A stretch of DNA of 64,000 nucleotides from Pseudomonas sp. (GTDB lineage Bacteria > Pseudomonadota > Gammaproteobacteria > Pseudomonadales > Pseudomonadaceae): assembly GCA_034519305.1 (NCBI GenBank), contig JAXHOM010000020.1, positions 9,163-73,162 on the forward strand. The letters run 5' to 3'. Positions within the stretch are counted from its first letter, which is position 1; each line of letters starts with the position of its first letter. The notes under the pieces were generated by a model that worked only from the letters and a program-made list of their open reading frames with translations, was not told the origin of the DNA and searched no databases. Position numbers and translations under genes: made by a program. Shown in pieces: positions 21,051-38,909 of this stretch.

Positions 21051-21122
21051 GGTCACCCAACGCCCGTCGCCTGGCAAACAACACTCACGCCTCAGTCTGT
21101 CACCCGAAACGGAGAGCACGAC

Positions 21123-26305
<5,183 letters not shown>

Positions 26306-26354
26306 CCGATTACGGCTGCTGTCGCAGGGATTACGAGGCAGCCGTGTCGGCGGA

Positions 26355-27101
26355 TCAACCGCCTGAGATGACGGCTTCCGGGATGGTGTAGTGCTCGTAG
26401 TCGTTGACTTCAATTGACCAGTCGTAGCCCTGCTTCACGGCCTTGACTGTCTCGCCGGGGTTGGTGGTCACCTTGTCGCCCATGAAGGTCAGAACCCGCT
26501 TGAGGCCACCGGGTGGGGTGATGTGCACCTCGGCATTGCCGGGTTTTCCACGAATGACTCCAAACTGGCACTCGATGGGTTTGTCGGTGCCCATCTGGCA
26601 CGGCAGCGGGCCGGTGGCGTTGTACGCGGTGCCCTTGACCTTGGCATCGCTGGCTGGTGCCTGGCCCAGAGCGGCTGCCTTTGGCTTGCCGGTAATGCCG
26701 ACCGTGAGGGTGTAGTCTGCTGCTTCATTGCGCCGCGCGGCGCTGCGCATCAGATAGACGCGCACCTTGTATTCGCCATCGGCCGGCAAGGCGCCCGTCC
26801 ATTCGTTGCCATCGCTTGAGCCTACGAACAGGGCTTCGTCATTACTGCCGGGCGGCAGCACATTGAAATAGTTAGCGCCATGCTTGGTCACCAGCCTGAC
26901 GCTCATGGTCTGCCCGGCCTTGGCCCGCAGGCTGTAGTCGATGGTCTGCTCGCCCTTGATGCTGCCCTGGATGGTGGCCGAGGAACTGCCCTTGGTGAAG
27001 TGCACCGCCTGAGTCTGAATGCCATCGGCCGCGAAGGCCGGCGGCAACGCACAGAGTAGGCTGGCGGCCAGTGCCGTTGCGATCAAACGATTCCTTTTCA
27101 T
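26355..27101 (-). CDS. Exported PliG-like (g-type lysozyme inhibitor-like) two-domain protein
   Basis: Signal peptide; VHF.KGSSSATIQG.IKG, DY.L.AKAGQ.M.V, GEY.VRVYLMR..ARR. Confidence 0.7.
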   Translation of the reverse strand: MKRNRLIATALAASLLCALPPAFAADGIQTQAVHFTKGSSSATIQGSIKGEQTIDYSLRAKAGQTMSVRLVTKHGANYFNVLPPGSNDEALFVGSSDGNEWTGALPADGEYKVRVYLMRSAARRNEAADYTLTVGITGKPKAAALGQAPASDAKVKGTAYNATGPLPCQMGTDKPIECQFGVIRGKPGNAEVHITPPGGLKRVLTFMGDKVTTNPGETVKAVKQGYDWSIEVNDYEHYTIPEAVISGG

Positions 27102-27176
27102 GTCATTACCTCGATGGTTTTTGCGTTGTCTGGAGGCTGGGGAAGTGCTTCCCGGCTCCTCCTCGTTAATCCCGCC

Positions 27177-30100
27177 TCACTCGTGGTGCTGATGGTGCGC
27201 GTCGGTCGCCGTCTCGACCGGCACATCGACCAGTTGGCTGGCCGGGTCATGCTCGCTGCCCGGTGCGCCCTGAGATTCGGGCAACTCTTGCCCTGCAGTC
27301 AGCAGCACCTCGGTCGGCGGCAGGTCAGCAGCATCGGTCGTCGTTGCCGTGGTGGCATCGACACCGGCGGCGGCCAGATAATCGCCAAGCGGGGAGGAGG
27401 CTGAATCGTCGTTTACCACCCCCGCAGCACCCGCATCATGCGAGGTGTCGGCAAAATGCAAGTAATCGGCCAGCGGGCTGGCGGTCGTGTCACCGGTATC
27501 GATCGCCGTTACGCCAGCGCCGACATCTTCGGTGATGGCCGTATGGGACGTATCGTCCGTGCCGGTTGGCGCAACCGTGTCGTGGTGGACCAAGTCATCG
27601 GCGGAGGCCACCGCGAGTGCATCGTGGGCCGTTTGGCCAATGGCGCTGCCATCATCCGCAACAAGGGTGTCGGCCGTGTCGATCGGCTGGTCGCCAGCGA
27701 TTTCATCGGCCTGAGGAGCCGGTGCGGGCACCGCCTGATCCGGCACATGCACCGTGAAAGGAAGGTCGATCGGATGGTGAGTACCGTCGTCAGTAATTTC
27801 TGCGGTGAGACGCAATTGCGCATCTCCCTGGAAGCCTGGTGGTGCCTCAATATCTACCTGTGAAAGGCTTCCAACAAATTGAGGCGGTATATCCACATGG
27901 AAAGGCCCTCCTGCATGCGGATTTTGCGGGTCAGCAAACGAGCCATCCGCGGCTTTGACTTGATAAAACGCATGGGCTACATAGACTATCCAATCGGCTG
28001 AGGGCACCTCGATACGAGCGGACGAGAATTGTTCGCCGCTATCCGTCTGGGAGCCAATCTGGATTGGCAGCTGAAACGTGCTACCAGCAGAAGTAGTCAC
28101 ATCCTGCATCGACACGGTCATGTCCAATACCGAGTGAACAGTGCCACCGACATGACGCGTTGTACTGGTCGTCTCACCCGTAGCCTCCATCGCCGTTGCG
28201 GTCACCTTCAGCGCAAAAGAACCTGACCAGTTCACATCCGGCGTCAGCTTCAACCCTTGCAACTGTGCCGGGGTCAGCGTCCAGCTGCCATCTGCGTTAT
28301 GGGTGCCGGCGGAAAGCGTCGCTCCGGAAGGCAGGTCTTCGATGGTGATGCTGAGCGTCTCGCCATCGTCATGATGCACATTGACGTCGATATCCAGTGC
28401 CATCGCACCGGAATGTTCCATGGAGTCCGCCAGATTCATCACCGACAGGGCCGGTTTTTCGGCCACCGGATCGACGGTGATATCAAGCTGCATGACCTTG
28501 TCGGCCGTGAGCGTATGGTCGGTCGCCGTCGCCGTAACCGCCAGATGGATGTCACCGGAAAAATCCGCTGGCGGGGTCATGATCAGCCCCGGCAGTTGGT
28601 CCGGGCTCAGCGTCCAGCTGCCATCGGCGTTGTGCGTTCCGGCAGAGAGCGTGGCCCCCTGCGGCAAGCCGGCAACTTGCAGCGACAGGTGTTCAGAGGC
28701 ATCCGGGTCGCTCAGGGTGAGGTGCAGCTCGACACCGGTATCTTCGGGAATGCTGGCCGTGAAATGCGAATCCGAGGGAGGACCCTGACGGTCGGTAGTG
28801 GTTCCTTCTCGATAAGAAGCTCTCCCGTCAGTCCATCCGGTCCATCCGGCCATTTCATTTACATAGTCTTCGCCTTGAGGCGCTCCAGGAACGTTATAGA
28901 CCTTAAGCGCCCATGATGTGGATGCATGATGCGGATCGCTATGCGCCGGATCATCCTTGAATATAAAGGTCATCTCCTGGCCCGGATAATCGCAGAAAAG
29001 GTATGTGTTGTCTCTATCACCTCCCAGATCGAGCACGGCCGCTCGACCCTTTGGCGTATCCTCGATACCCGTTACCTGAAACATATGCCCCATGATCATT
29101 ACGGCCTTGAGGTCATCCACACAGGCTTGATCTTCGGGAATCAAATGAGCCCCCGTGCCAACCATGTCACCAAAATCTTGTCCAACGGTTGGACCATACG
29201 AAGCGCCTCAAACTAGTCGTGACCGCTGTATCCGATGGCGCACCTAAAGCAGCGCTCATCTGCACCGCACCCAGACTGATACCGAGCACCGGGGTGTCTG
29301 CCACCGGGGTAATGTCGATCATCGCGTGGCCGGTGGCCGTGGCCTGGCCGTCGGTGACCTCGATGGAAATCGGCAGGTGGCTGCCGTCGTAGTTGGCCGC
29401 CGGGGTAAAGGTCCAGGCGCCGCTGGCTGCATCGTGGGCGAAGCTGCCGTATTCCGGGCTGATGCGCACTGCGGCGACATGCAGCGCGTCATGGTCGGCA
29501 TCGCTGCCGCCCACCATGCGGATCAGGTCGGCTTCGGTAAAGGTCTTGGCGGTGTCCTCGGCCGTCGCTCCCAGATTGGCGGCATGGCCGGCATCCACGG
29601 CCGTCACGGTCGGGCCGTGGTTGCTGCCGGTGATGGTGACGCTGGCGGTCTGGTGGATGGTTCCTGCTGAGGGGTCTGCGGCCTGAGCCATCTCGTACTG
29701 GACCTGCACCTGCTGTTGCTGGCCGTGGGCCAGGCTGCCAAACGCACTGCTGGTCGGGTCCACCTGCAGGGTGTGGCCGTCAGCGGCCAGCGTGAAGCCG
29801 GCCGGCACCTGATCGGACCAGGACTGCCCACCGTCGGAGGAATACTGCACATGCTGCACCGCCGTGCCGGCGATGCTGCCGGCAAGCAGGTCGAGCGCGG
29901 TAGCCGCCGTGCCATGTTGGGCCGAGGCGGTGGGGGTGTCCTGGTACAGCACTTCGGTGCTGGCATCGACGGCGGTGCCAAACAGGTCGGTCGCGTGGGC
30001 AGTGACGGCCCAGTCGTGGTTGCCATCGACCAGCACCTGGCTCTGATCAAAGCTCAGACTCCACGCGCCACCGGTCACCGTGGTGTGCAGGTCGAAGGTG

Positions 30101-33100
30101 TTTTCCGGGTGGTTCCTGTCGGCCAGGTGCAGGGTGATCGGCGTGCCGTCGGGCAGGCCGACGGCCGTGCCGTGAATGGCGAGGTCAGGCGAGGTGGTCT
30201 CGAAGCTGCTGGCCGTGTGCAGGGCATTGTCGACCGTGGTGATCGCCAATTGCCCCGGCGTGGCCTTGATGTCGAGCTGGGCGTGGGCCTCGACCGTCGA
30301 GGTGCCATCGGTCACCTTGAGGGTGATGTCGAGGTCGTCGGCGTGGAAGTTGGCGGCGGGCTTGAAGATAAAGTCGCCGTTGGGTTGCGGTGCGAAATAG
30401 CCGGCGCGTGGGTCGATATGAACCTCGGTGATACTGAGTGCATCACCATCCGGGTCGGCGGCGCCAACCAGTTGCAGCAATTGCGCCTTGGTGAAGGTGG
30501 TCTCGGTATTGACCGCGATGTCAGGCATTGCTGCCGGGTGCGAGCCATCTGCGGCAACGGTCAGCACGTCGTCAACGGCGGTCACCGCCAGCTTGGCGTG
30601 TGCGTCGGTGGAGGTGGTGCCGTCAGTGACGGCAATGGTCAGCGGCACCTGGTCGCCATGGAAGTCGGCGGCCGGGGTGAAGGTCCAGTCGCCGGTGGCG
30701 GCATCTTTGGAAAATGCGCCAAATTTCGGGTCGACCGTAACACTCCCCACGTGAAGGACGTTACCGGCATCGGCATCGGTCGCGCCAACCAGTTTAAGCA
30801 GGTCGGCCTCGGTGAAGGTTTTGGCGGTGTCTTCCAGGGTGGCGCCGAGGTCGGCGACATGGGTCGCATCGGCCGTGACCGTGGGCGCAGTGTTGGGCGG
30901 CGGGGTGATGTCGATCACCCCAGCCCCCGAAGTGGTGGCCGTGCCGTCGGTGACAGTAATGGTGAGCGGGAGGTTATCGCCGCTGACACCCTGCGCGGGG
31001 GTAAAGGTCCAGCTGCCGTCCGGGTTGTGGGCAAAGCTGCCGTACTGCGGGTCGATATGCACATCGGAGACCGACAACGAACCGCCACCGGGGTTGGTGG
31101 CGCCGAACAGGGACAGCAACTGGGCTTCGGTAAACGTCTGCGGCTGATCGTGTGCACCCGCACCCAAATCGACCACATTGTTGGCGACCTGCGGCCCCTG
31201 GCTGGTGCCGCGTATGTCGATCACGATGTCGTGGGTGGTGCCGTCGCTGAAGCGCACCGTGAAGGTGTCGTGGTCGGTCTGGCCGCTGGCCAGCGCCTGG
31301 CTGGCGGGCAATGACGGATCGAGCTGGAAGCGCCAGATGCCCTGGGCATTGACGGAGAGCTGCCCGAACTGGCCCTGGGTGGCAGTTTGCTCGATCACCT
31401 GCGGGGCAGCGCTGTCCACGTCGGTGGCGCGGACCAGCCCGGCTGCTTCCAGATTGGCACGGGCCAGATCGGCGACGTGCGAGCCCATGTCGATGACGGT
31501 GGCGGCATCGTCGGTGCCGGTGACCTGTAGCGTAATGGTCTGGGTCGTGGCCGCGCCGTGTTCGTCGGTGACCGTAGCGGTGAACGTTTCCGTTCGATGG
31601 TCATTGACGTTGAGGGCCTGAGTCGCAGGGCGGCTGTTGTCCAGGGTGTAGGTCCACTGCCCGGTGGCGGCGTCGATGGCGAGACTGCCGTAGGTGCCGG
31701 CAGTCTGCGCGACAGACCAGGTGAGGTGCGCGCCGGCGTCGACGTCGGTGGCGGCGAGTGTGCCGGTGGCGGTGGTGGTCGCGGCATCTTCGGTCACCGC
31801 ACCCGTGGCGCTGCCCGCCGTCGAGGTGACGGTCGGCGCGTCGTTGCTGCCGGTGATCGTGACGGTGACGGTGTGGGTAGTGCCGTCGGCGCTATGCACC
31901 TCAAAGGTATCGGTGATCTGCCTTCCGGCCGGGAGTGACTGGATGGTTGGGTTGTCGTTGTCTGCCGCATACGTCCAGCTGCCATTGGGCAAGATTGCAA
32001 ATGAGCCGAAGCCGGCACTGCTCTGGCCATGTGCGGCGGCGAAGGTGGCCTCGCCCTGATCGATATCGGTGACGGCCAGTTGCCCCATGCAGGTGAGCGA
32101 GTGATGCGTCTGCCCCTGCACGGTGCTCGTCAGGACACTGGTGTCTTCGATCACCCCGGATTGCGTGCCGGTTTCGGTGATGACCGCCCCGTCGTTGGTG
32201 CCGGTGACGTCGATGGTCACGGTTTGGGTGGCGGTGGCACCGTGTTCGTCGGTGACGGTGACCGTAAAGGTTTCGCTCCCCGGGTGTCCGCTGGTCAGGC
32301 CCTGGGTGGCGGCACGGCTGTTGTCGAGGGTGTAGGTCCACTGGCCGCTGGCGGCGTCGACGGCGAGACTGCCGTAGGTGCCGGCAGTCTGCGCGACAGA
32401 CCAGGTGAGGTGCGCGCCAGCGTCGACATCGCTGGCGGAGAGTGTGCCGGTGGCGGTCGTGGTGGCAGCGTCTTCGGTCACCGCGCCGGTCGCGCTGCTC
32501 AATGCGGAGGTGATGACCGGCGCATCGTCGGTCCCGGTGACGTTGACGGTGACGGTCTGGCTGACGCGCTCGCCGCTGTCAGTGGTGACTTCGACGGTGA
32601 AGGTTTCGGTGCGGGTCTGGCCGGCGGCCAGTTCATTGGTGGCAGCCTGGCTGTTGTCCAGCGTGTAGGTCCAGTGGCCCTGCGCGTCGACGGCGAAGCT
32701 GCCGTAATGGCCGGCGGTGTGCGCCTGGGCGGTGAACACCGGATGGTCGCCGATGTCGGCATCGGTGACGTGCATCTGGCCGCTGAGACTGGCGTGCGCA
32801 GCATCGTCTTCGGTGGTGCTGCCCAGAACAGGGACGCCAGCGCTGACGGTGGCCTGGTGTCCGGCGATGCTGACCGTCATCGGGTCCGTGGTCACGCCAC
32901 CCGTCACAGTGTGCAGGGCATGGTCGCCATCGGGCAGTTTGGGCACGCCCAGTTGCCAATGGCCCTGGGCGTCTGCCGTGGTGCTTCCGAGCAGGGTATT
33001 GCCTTCGTAAACGTCTACATGTCCGCCGGCGGTTGCCGTGCCGGACAGCACGGAAATGCCGGTGTTGGCGTTCACGCCGACCAGTTTGTTCAGGTAGATG

Positions 33101-36100
33101 TAATCACCGGGGCCGTTGGCGCGATCGTCGTCACAGACCTTGACCAGCTGGCCAACGGTGCCGTCTTCGAATATCACCAGGCCGCCATCGAAGTTGTTCC
33201 GAATGCTCGGTGCCAGCGGCGCGTAACGCGCCGGCCCGCCGTCGAGGTGTTGGCCAAACCACTGGTGTTGATCCAGATAAATGTAACCGGCCCCGGCAGC
33301 GGCGAGATTACCGGTGTTGTAGGCGGCATGGGTGACCGGCAGGTCGCCGTGGGCAATGCTGGCCAGCAGGTTGTGGCTGTCGCCCGGCAGAAATAGCCCG
33401 ACCATCCGGGTGCCGACCGGGACGCCCTGGTGCGCACTCGTGTACATGCTGAGATCGGTGGCGCCGGTGAAGTCGGTGATCTGGGCAACCTGGCGGATGT
33501 CGGCCGGCGCCGGGGGCGTGACCTGAATCAGCGGCGCATCGTGGGTGCCGGTGACCGTGATGGTGATGTCCGCGGGCCCGTTCGGGCCCTGGAGGGTGAA
33601 GGTTTCGGTGCGGGTCTCGCCTTCTTTCAAGCCCTGCACGGCATCCGCTTTATTGTTGAGGGTGTACACCCAGTGGCCCTGGTCGCGCAGGTCGAGGCTG
33701 CCGAAGTGCCCGGCCATGGTGTGGTCGCCCAGATGCAGGGTTCCGCCACTGGTCGAGGAGAGGTCGCCGGTGATGACCGTGGTGGCGGCATCTTCCTTGA
33801 CGCTACCGGAGAGATCGCCGGTGAGCGTCGAGCGGACGGTGACTTCCGCATGGGCGGTGGTGGTGGCGGTACCGTCGCTGACGGTGAGGGTGACTGGCAG
33901 GTGATCGCCATGGGCGGTGCCGGCCGGATGGAAAGTCCAGTCGCCGCTGGCCGCGCGGGTGAAGCTGCCATAGGCGGGATCAATGTGAACTGCGCTGATG
34001 GAGAGCGTGTCGTGATCGACGTCGGCCGCATGCACGAGGGAAAGCAGCTGCGTTTCGGTGAAGGTCTGGCTGGCACCGGCAAAGGCGGTGCCCAGGTTGG
34101 CGGCATGGGCCGTGTCGACCGCAGTGACGGTGGGCGCGTCGTTGGTGCCGGTGATGGTGACGGTGACGGTATGGGTGGTGCCGTCGGCGCTATGCACCTC
34201 GAAGGAATCGGTGATCTGCCTTCCGGCCGGGAGTGCCTGGATGGCTGGGTTGTCGTTGTCTGCCGCATACGTCCAGCTGCCGTTGGGCAAGATTGCAAAT
34301 GAGCCGAAGCCGGCACTGCTCTGGCCATGCGCGGCGGTGAAGGTGGCCTCGCCCTGATCGGCATCGGTGACGGCCAGTTGCCCCATGCAGGTGAGCGAGT
34401 GATGCGTCTGGCCCTGCACGGTGCTCGTCAGGACACTGGTGTCTTCGATCACCCCGGATTGCGTGCCGGTTTCGGTGATGACCGCCGCGTCGTTGGTGCC
34501 GGTGACGCCGATGGTCACGGTCTGGGTGGCGGTGGCGCCGTGTTCGTCGGTGACGGTGACTGTAAAGGTTTCGCTCCCCGGGTGTCCGCTGGTCAGGCCC
34601 TGGGTGGCGGCACGGCTGTTGTCGAGGGTGAAGGTCCACTGGCCGCTGGCGGCGTCGACGGCGAGATTGCCGTAGGTGCCGGTAGCCTGCGCGACGGACC
34701 AGGTGAGGTGCGCGCCGGCGTCGACATCGCTGGCGGAGAGCGTGCCGGTGGCGGTCGTGGTGGCGGCGTCTTCGGTCACCGCGCCGGTTGCGCTGGTAGT
34801 CGCCGAGATAATGACCGGCGTGTCGTTGACGCTGGCCACGTGGAGGGCTCCGCTCGCCTCGGCCGAGTCCACATGACCGTCGCTGACTTTGTAGCCAAAG
34901 GCAACGTCGCCGTTAAAGTTGGCGGCGGGCCGGAACACCAGATGCGAGATATCTGTCGCGTCGATCTGCTGGCCTGCCGTGACCGCCTGGCCGTTGAGCA
35001 GGAACTGCCCTTGTGTCGCCGCATCCGGCAGTTGGGTCAGAGTGACATGGTGCAGCGTATCGCTGGTGTCCACGTCATGGAAGCCGAAATCGGCAGTGCC
35101 GAGCGTGATGTCCTGGTCTTCGCTACCCTGCACGCTGAGTGCGCTGGCAACGGTCGGCACGTCATTGGTGCCGACAATGTGCACCGTGACGGTGTGAGTC
35201 GTACCGTCGACCGAATAGGCTGTGAATGTATCGGTGAGCGGTTCGCCCTCGCCTAGTGCCTGCACAGCCGGGTTATTGTTGTCGAGCCGATAGATCCATG
35301 CGCCTGAGGGTGCCAGGATAAATCCACCGTAACCGCTATCGCTGACACCATGAAATTCAGCTTTAAAGTGATTTTCACCCTGATCAGTATCAGTTACCTC
35401 GAGCTTGCCTGAAGCTTGGGAATAGGCTGATCCACGAGTCAATGTGTCTTCTTTAACCGGATTTCCGGGACTGCTTTCTGTAATCACAGCCGCATCATTG
35501 GTCCCCGCCAGGGTTACCGTAATGGTCTGCCGGGTACCGTCGGCCGTCATGACTTCGATGCTGTCGGTAGCCTGATGGCCGCTCTGGAGCGCCTGGACTA
35601 TAGGAGCGCTGTTGTCGGCGGTGTAGGTCCAGTGGCCCTGTGCGTCGATGCTGAAGCTGCCGTAACCATGGTCGCCGACAATGCCCTGCATGGCGATGAA
35701 GTGTTCCTGGTTGGCATCCGGGTCGGTCACAACGAGCTGACCCTCGGTGTGCAGCGTGGTGCCGGCGCCGACGTTGTCCTCGATGACATCTCCGGTGTGC
35801 GTGCCGCTGACTACCGCGACATCGTTGGCGCCCATGATGGTGACGGAAATCATCTTGGGCGTGCCGTCGACGCTGCCAACCATGACCGTGTCGGTCAGGG
35901 TTTTGCCGGCGATGAGGGCCTGGACATCGGGGTTGCTGTTGTCGAGCTGATAGGTCCAGTCGCCATTGGCGGCAAGGGTGAAATGGCCGTAGTGTGTAGC
36001 CTGATCGATCGGCTGAAAGGCGGATTCGCCGGCATTCGGGTCGGTGATGTCGAGGTGGTGGCTGATGGTGCTCGTCTGGTCTTCGTTGGCCATGGCGGCC

Positions 36101-38865
36101 GACGTACCGGCGAAGATGGCCGGGGCGTTGCTGCCCTTGAGTTGCAGGTCGATGGTGTGGGTGGTGCCATCGGCGGTGCGCACGGTGAAGTGCTCGTCGA
36201 CATGGGCGTTGGCGCCGAGGTTGGCGAGCGCGGGGTTGGCGGCGTCCGCCGAGTAGTGCCAGTGGCCGTCGGCCTGGATTTCGAGCACGCCGTAGGTGCC
36301 CGTGAGCAACTGGCCCTGGAAGTGGTTTTCGCCTTGGTCGAGGTCGATCACCGCCAGTTGGCCGTCGACACGCACGCGCCCGCCCTGGGCACTGGCGACG
36401 GAGCCGATGGCGTGGTCGATGCCGGCAACGACGGGAACATCGTTGGTGCCGGTAATGGTGATCTGCAACTGGGTGGTACCCGTGCCCCCGTGGGAGTCCG
36501 TGACCAGCACCGGCACGCTCAGGGTCAGTTTCTGACCTGCAGCCAGATAGTTGTAATGCGGGTCCGCGGGGTCGAAGCTGTAGCGGCCGTCGGGAAAGAG
36601 CGTCAAGCCTTCGAGTGGCTGGCCGCGACTGAAGGTGAGCGTGGCACCGTCGTCCGGATCGGTGGCGGTGAGCTGGCCGCTGACGGTGGCCCCGCCTTCG
36701 AGCACCTGGCGCGTTGGCACGACATTCAGGGTCGGCGCATCGTTGGTGCCGGTGATGGTGATCTCGATGGTACGCGCCGAAGTGGCGCCAGCGGCATCGA
36801 CGACCTCGACCGGGATGTTGACGATCTGTTTTTGACCGAAGGCGAGGTGGTTATAGGCCGGATCGCCCGGGTCGAAGGTATAGCTGCCGTCGGCATTGAG
36901 CGTGAAGCCGTGGACCGGGGCGGTGGCGCGGTAAGTGAGCGTGTCGGTGACATCGACATCCATAGCGGCGAGCCGGCCGTGCATCGGCGGGCTGCCCTCG
37001 AACGTGACCATAGGCGGCACGACCATCAGCGACGGCGCATCGTTGGTGCCGGTGACGACGATCTGCAGGGTTTCGCTGCCGCGCGCGCCGGCCTGGTCAG
37101 TGACGGTCACCGGGATATTGATGAACTGTTGGGCGCCGGGTGCCAGATGCTGGTAGGCAGCGTTGGACGGATCGAAGCTGTAGCTGCCATCGGCATGCAG
37201 GGTAAAGCCGGGCACTGTCTGTGGCGCGCCAAAGACCAGGATGTCGCCATTGTCCGGATCAGTCGCGACCAGCTTGCCGGTGAGCACGGCGGCGTCTTCG
37301 GTGGCGGTCAGCGACGTGACCTGCAGAGTGGGAGCATCGTTGGTGCCAGTCAGGGTGATCTGCAGGTTCTGGGTGCTTGAAGCGCCCAGGCTGTCGGTGA
37401 CCGTGACGGGAATGCTGATGAGCTTTTGCTCGCCTTCACGCAGATGATCATAGGTCGGGTGGGCCAGGTCGAAGGTGTAGCTGCCGTCGGGATGCAGCGT
37501 GAAGCCGTCGAGCGGCTGGCCGAGGCTGTAGGTCAGCGTATCGCCGTGATCGACGTCGGTGGCCGTGAGTTGGCCATGCAGCGGGGCGGCGCCTTCGCGG
37601 GTGGCCAGAGGCGCAGCGATGGCCATCACTGGCGCGTCGTTGCTGCCGGTGATGGTGATGCTGATGGCTTGCGTGGTGCCGTCCCGGGTGGCGATAACCA
37701 CCCGATCGGTGAGGGTGTCACCGGCCTTGAGCTCCTGCACGGCCGCTTGGCTGTTGTCGAGCTGGTACTGCCAGCTGCCATCGGCACTGAGGGAGAAAAA
37801 ACCGTGGCTGGCGGCGGTCTGCGTCATGCTCACGAATGCGGCTTCGCCGGTATCGACATCGGTCACCACGAGCTTGCCGGAGAGGGTGCTCTGCTGATCC
37901 TCGCCGATGGTTCCAGTACTGGCACCGCTGATCACTGCGCGGTCATTCTCGCCACGGATGGCGATCAGCAGCGGCACTGACTGCATGCGGCCGTCGGTAT
38001 CGACCACCGAGATCACGAAGTGCTCGCTGAGTGGCTGGCCCTGCCCAAGAGCCTGAACCTGCGCGGCGGCATTGTTCAGGCTATAGCGCCAGTGGCCGTC
38101 GGCATCCAGCTGCAACCGACCGTAGAGGCCGTCCGTGTGATCGGCCTGCCACTGAACGGCGCCATGCCCGCCAGATGCACTGAGCAGTCCACGGGCTTGC
38201 TGGCGGCCGTCTTCATTGACTTGGCCCAGGGTATCGCCGGATACGGCCAGAGGGGCGTTGCCTGACGCTGACTGCGGCAGCACATGGGGTTGTGGCTGAG
38301 ATGTCGGTGGGAGCTGAGTATGGGCTGCTGATTGCGCTTGACTGGGTAACTGCGACGGCGTGTGCGACTGCTCCTGCGGGGCCGAAGCCCCTGCGGAAAG
38401 TACCTTGAGGCCGACGGCGCCGGGCAGCTCGGTGAGCACGAAGTGGCCTTCGACATGGCTGGCCGACAGATCAGTGGGCGGCAGGCCGTCGGTATCGGCA
38501 CCGGTATAACCCATCCAGGCTGCCGCGCCTGCCATGGCGATTGGTTGCGCGGCAGGGACGGTACCGGCCAGCGATGGCGGAACGGGTGCCAGCTCTTCGG
38601 TCGGCAGCGCAATCGGCACAGCCTCTGCGGAAGGATCCGGTGGCGCGGGCTGCTCGGACGCCTGGCCCCGGCCTGCCGCAGCCTCCGGTTCGGTTGCCGG
38701 TGGCAGCTCGGGAGCTGGTTCGCTGACGCTCCAACCGATTTCACTGACCGGCTGGGAATCCTGCATCTGGCCCAGGCTCGTGTCGCGTGCTTTGAGCCGC
38801 GCCGCCTGCTCGGCTGGAGAGCCCTTGGCAGTGTTTGAGTCTGCTGGCGTGTGCTTCTTGTCCAT
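27177..38865 (-). CDS. Giant VCBS/cadherin-like repeat adhesin (~3900 codons), split by a frameshift near 29210
   Basis: Dozens of ITGTNDAP and G.W.Y.LDN repeats; ATG 38865 with GGAGG RBS; ORFs 29167-38913 and 27177-29165 join with a 1-nt shift. Confidence 0.85.
31826..32488. repeat. ~660-bp near-identical internal duplication in the adhesin (copy at ~34124-34786)
   Basis: Same sequence offset by 2298 bp, e.g. CGGGTGTCCGCTGGTCAGGCCCTGGG at 32281 and 34579. Confidence 0.85.
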
Positions 38866-38909
38866 GGCGGCCTCCCGGCAACTGGCTCGGCGCTCCTGCG
38901 CCGCTTGGA

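Noticed and set aside
29716-37380. Long plus-strand ORFs (532, 455, 309 and 601 aa)
   Set aside because: Antisense shadows of the GC-rich repetitive adhesin, with no independent motifs.
38400-38865. LapG-type cleavage or retention module in the adhesin N-terminus
   Set aside because: Ala-rich stretches exist, but I see no convincing retention domain or canonical cleavage context, and no lapD/lapG in the window.
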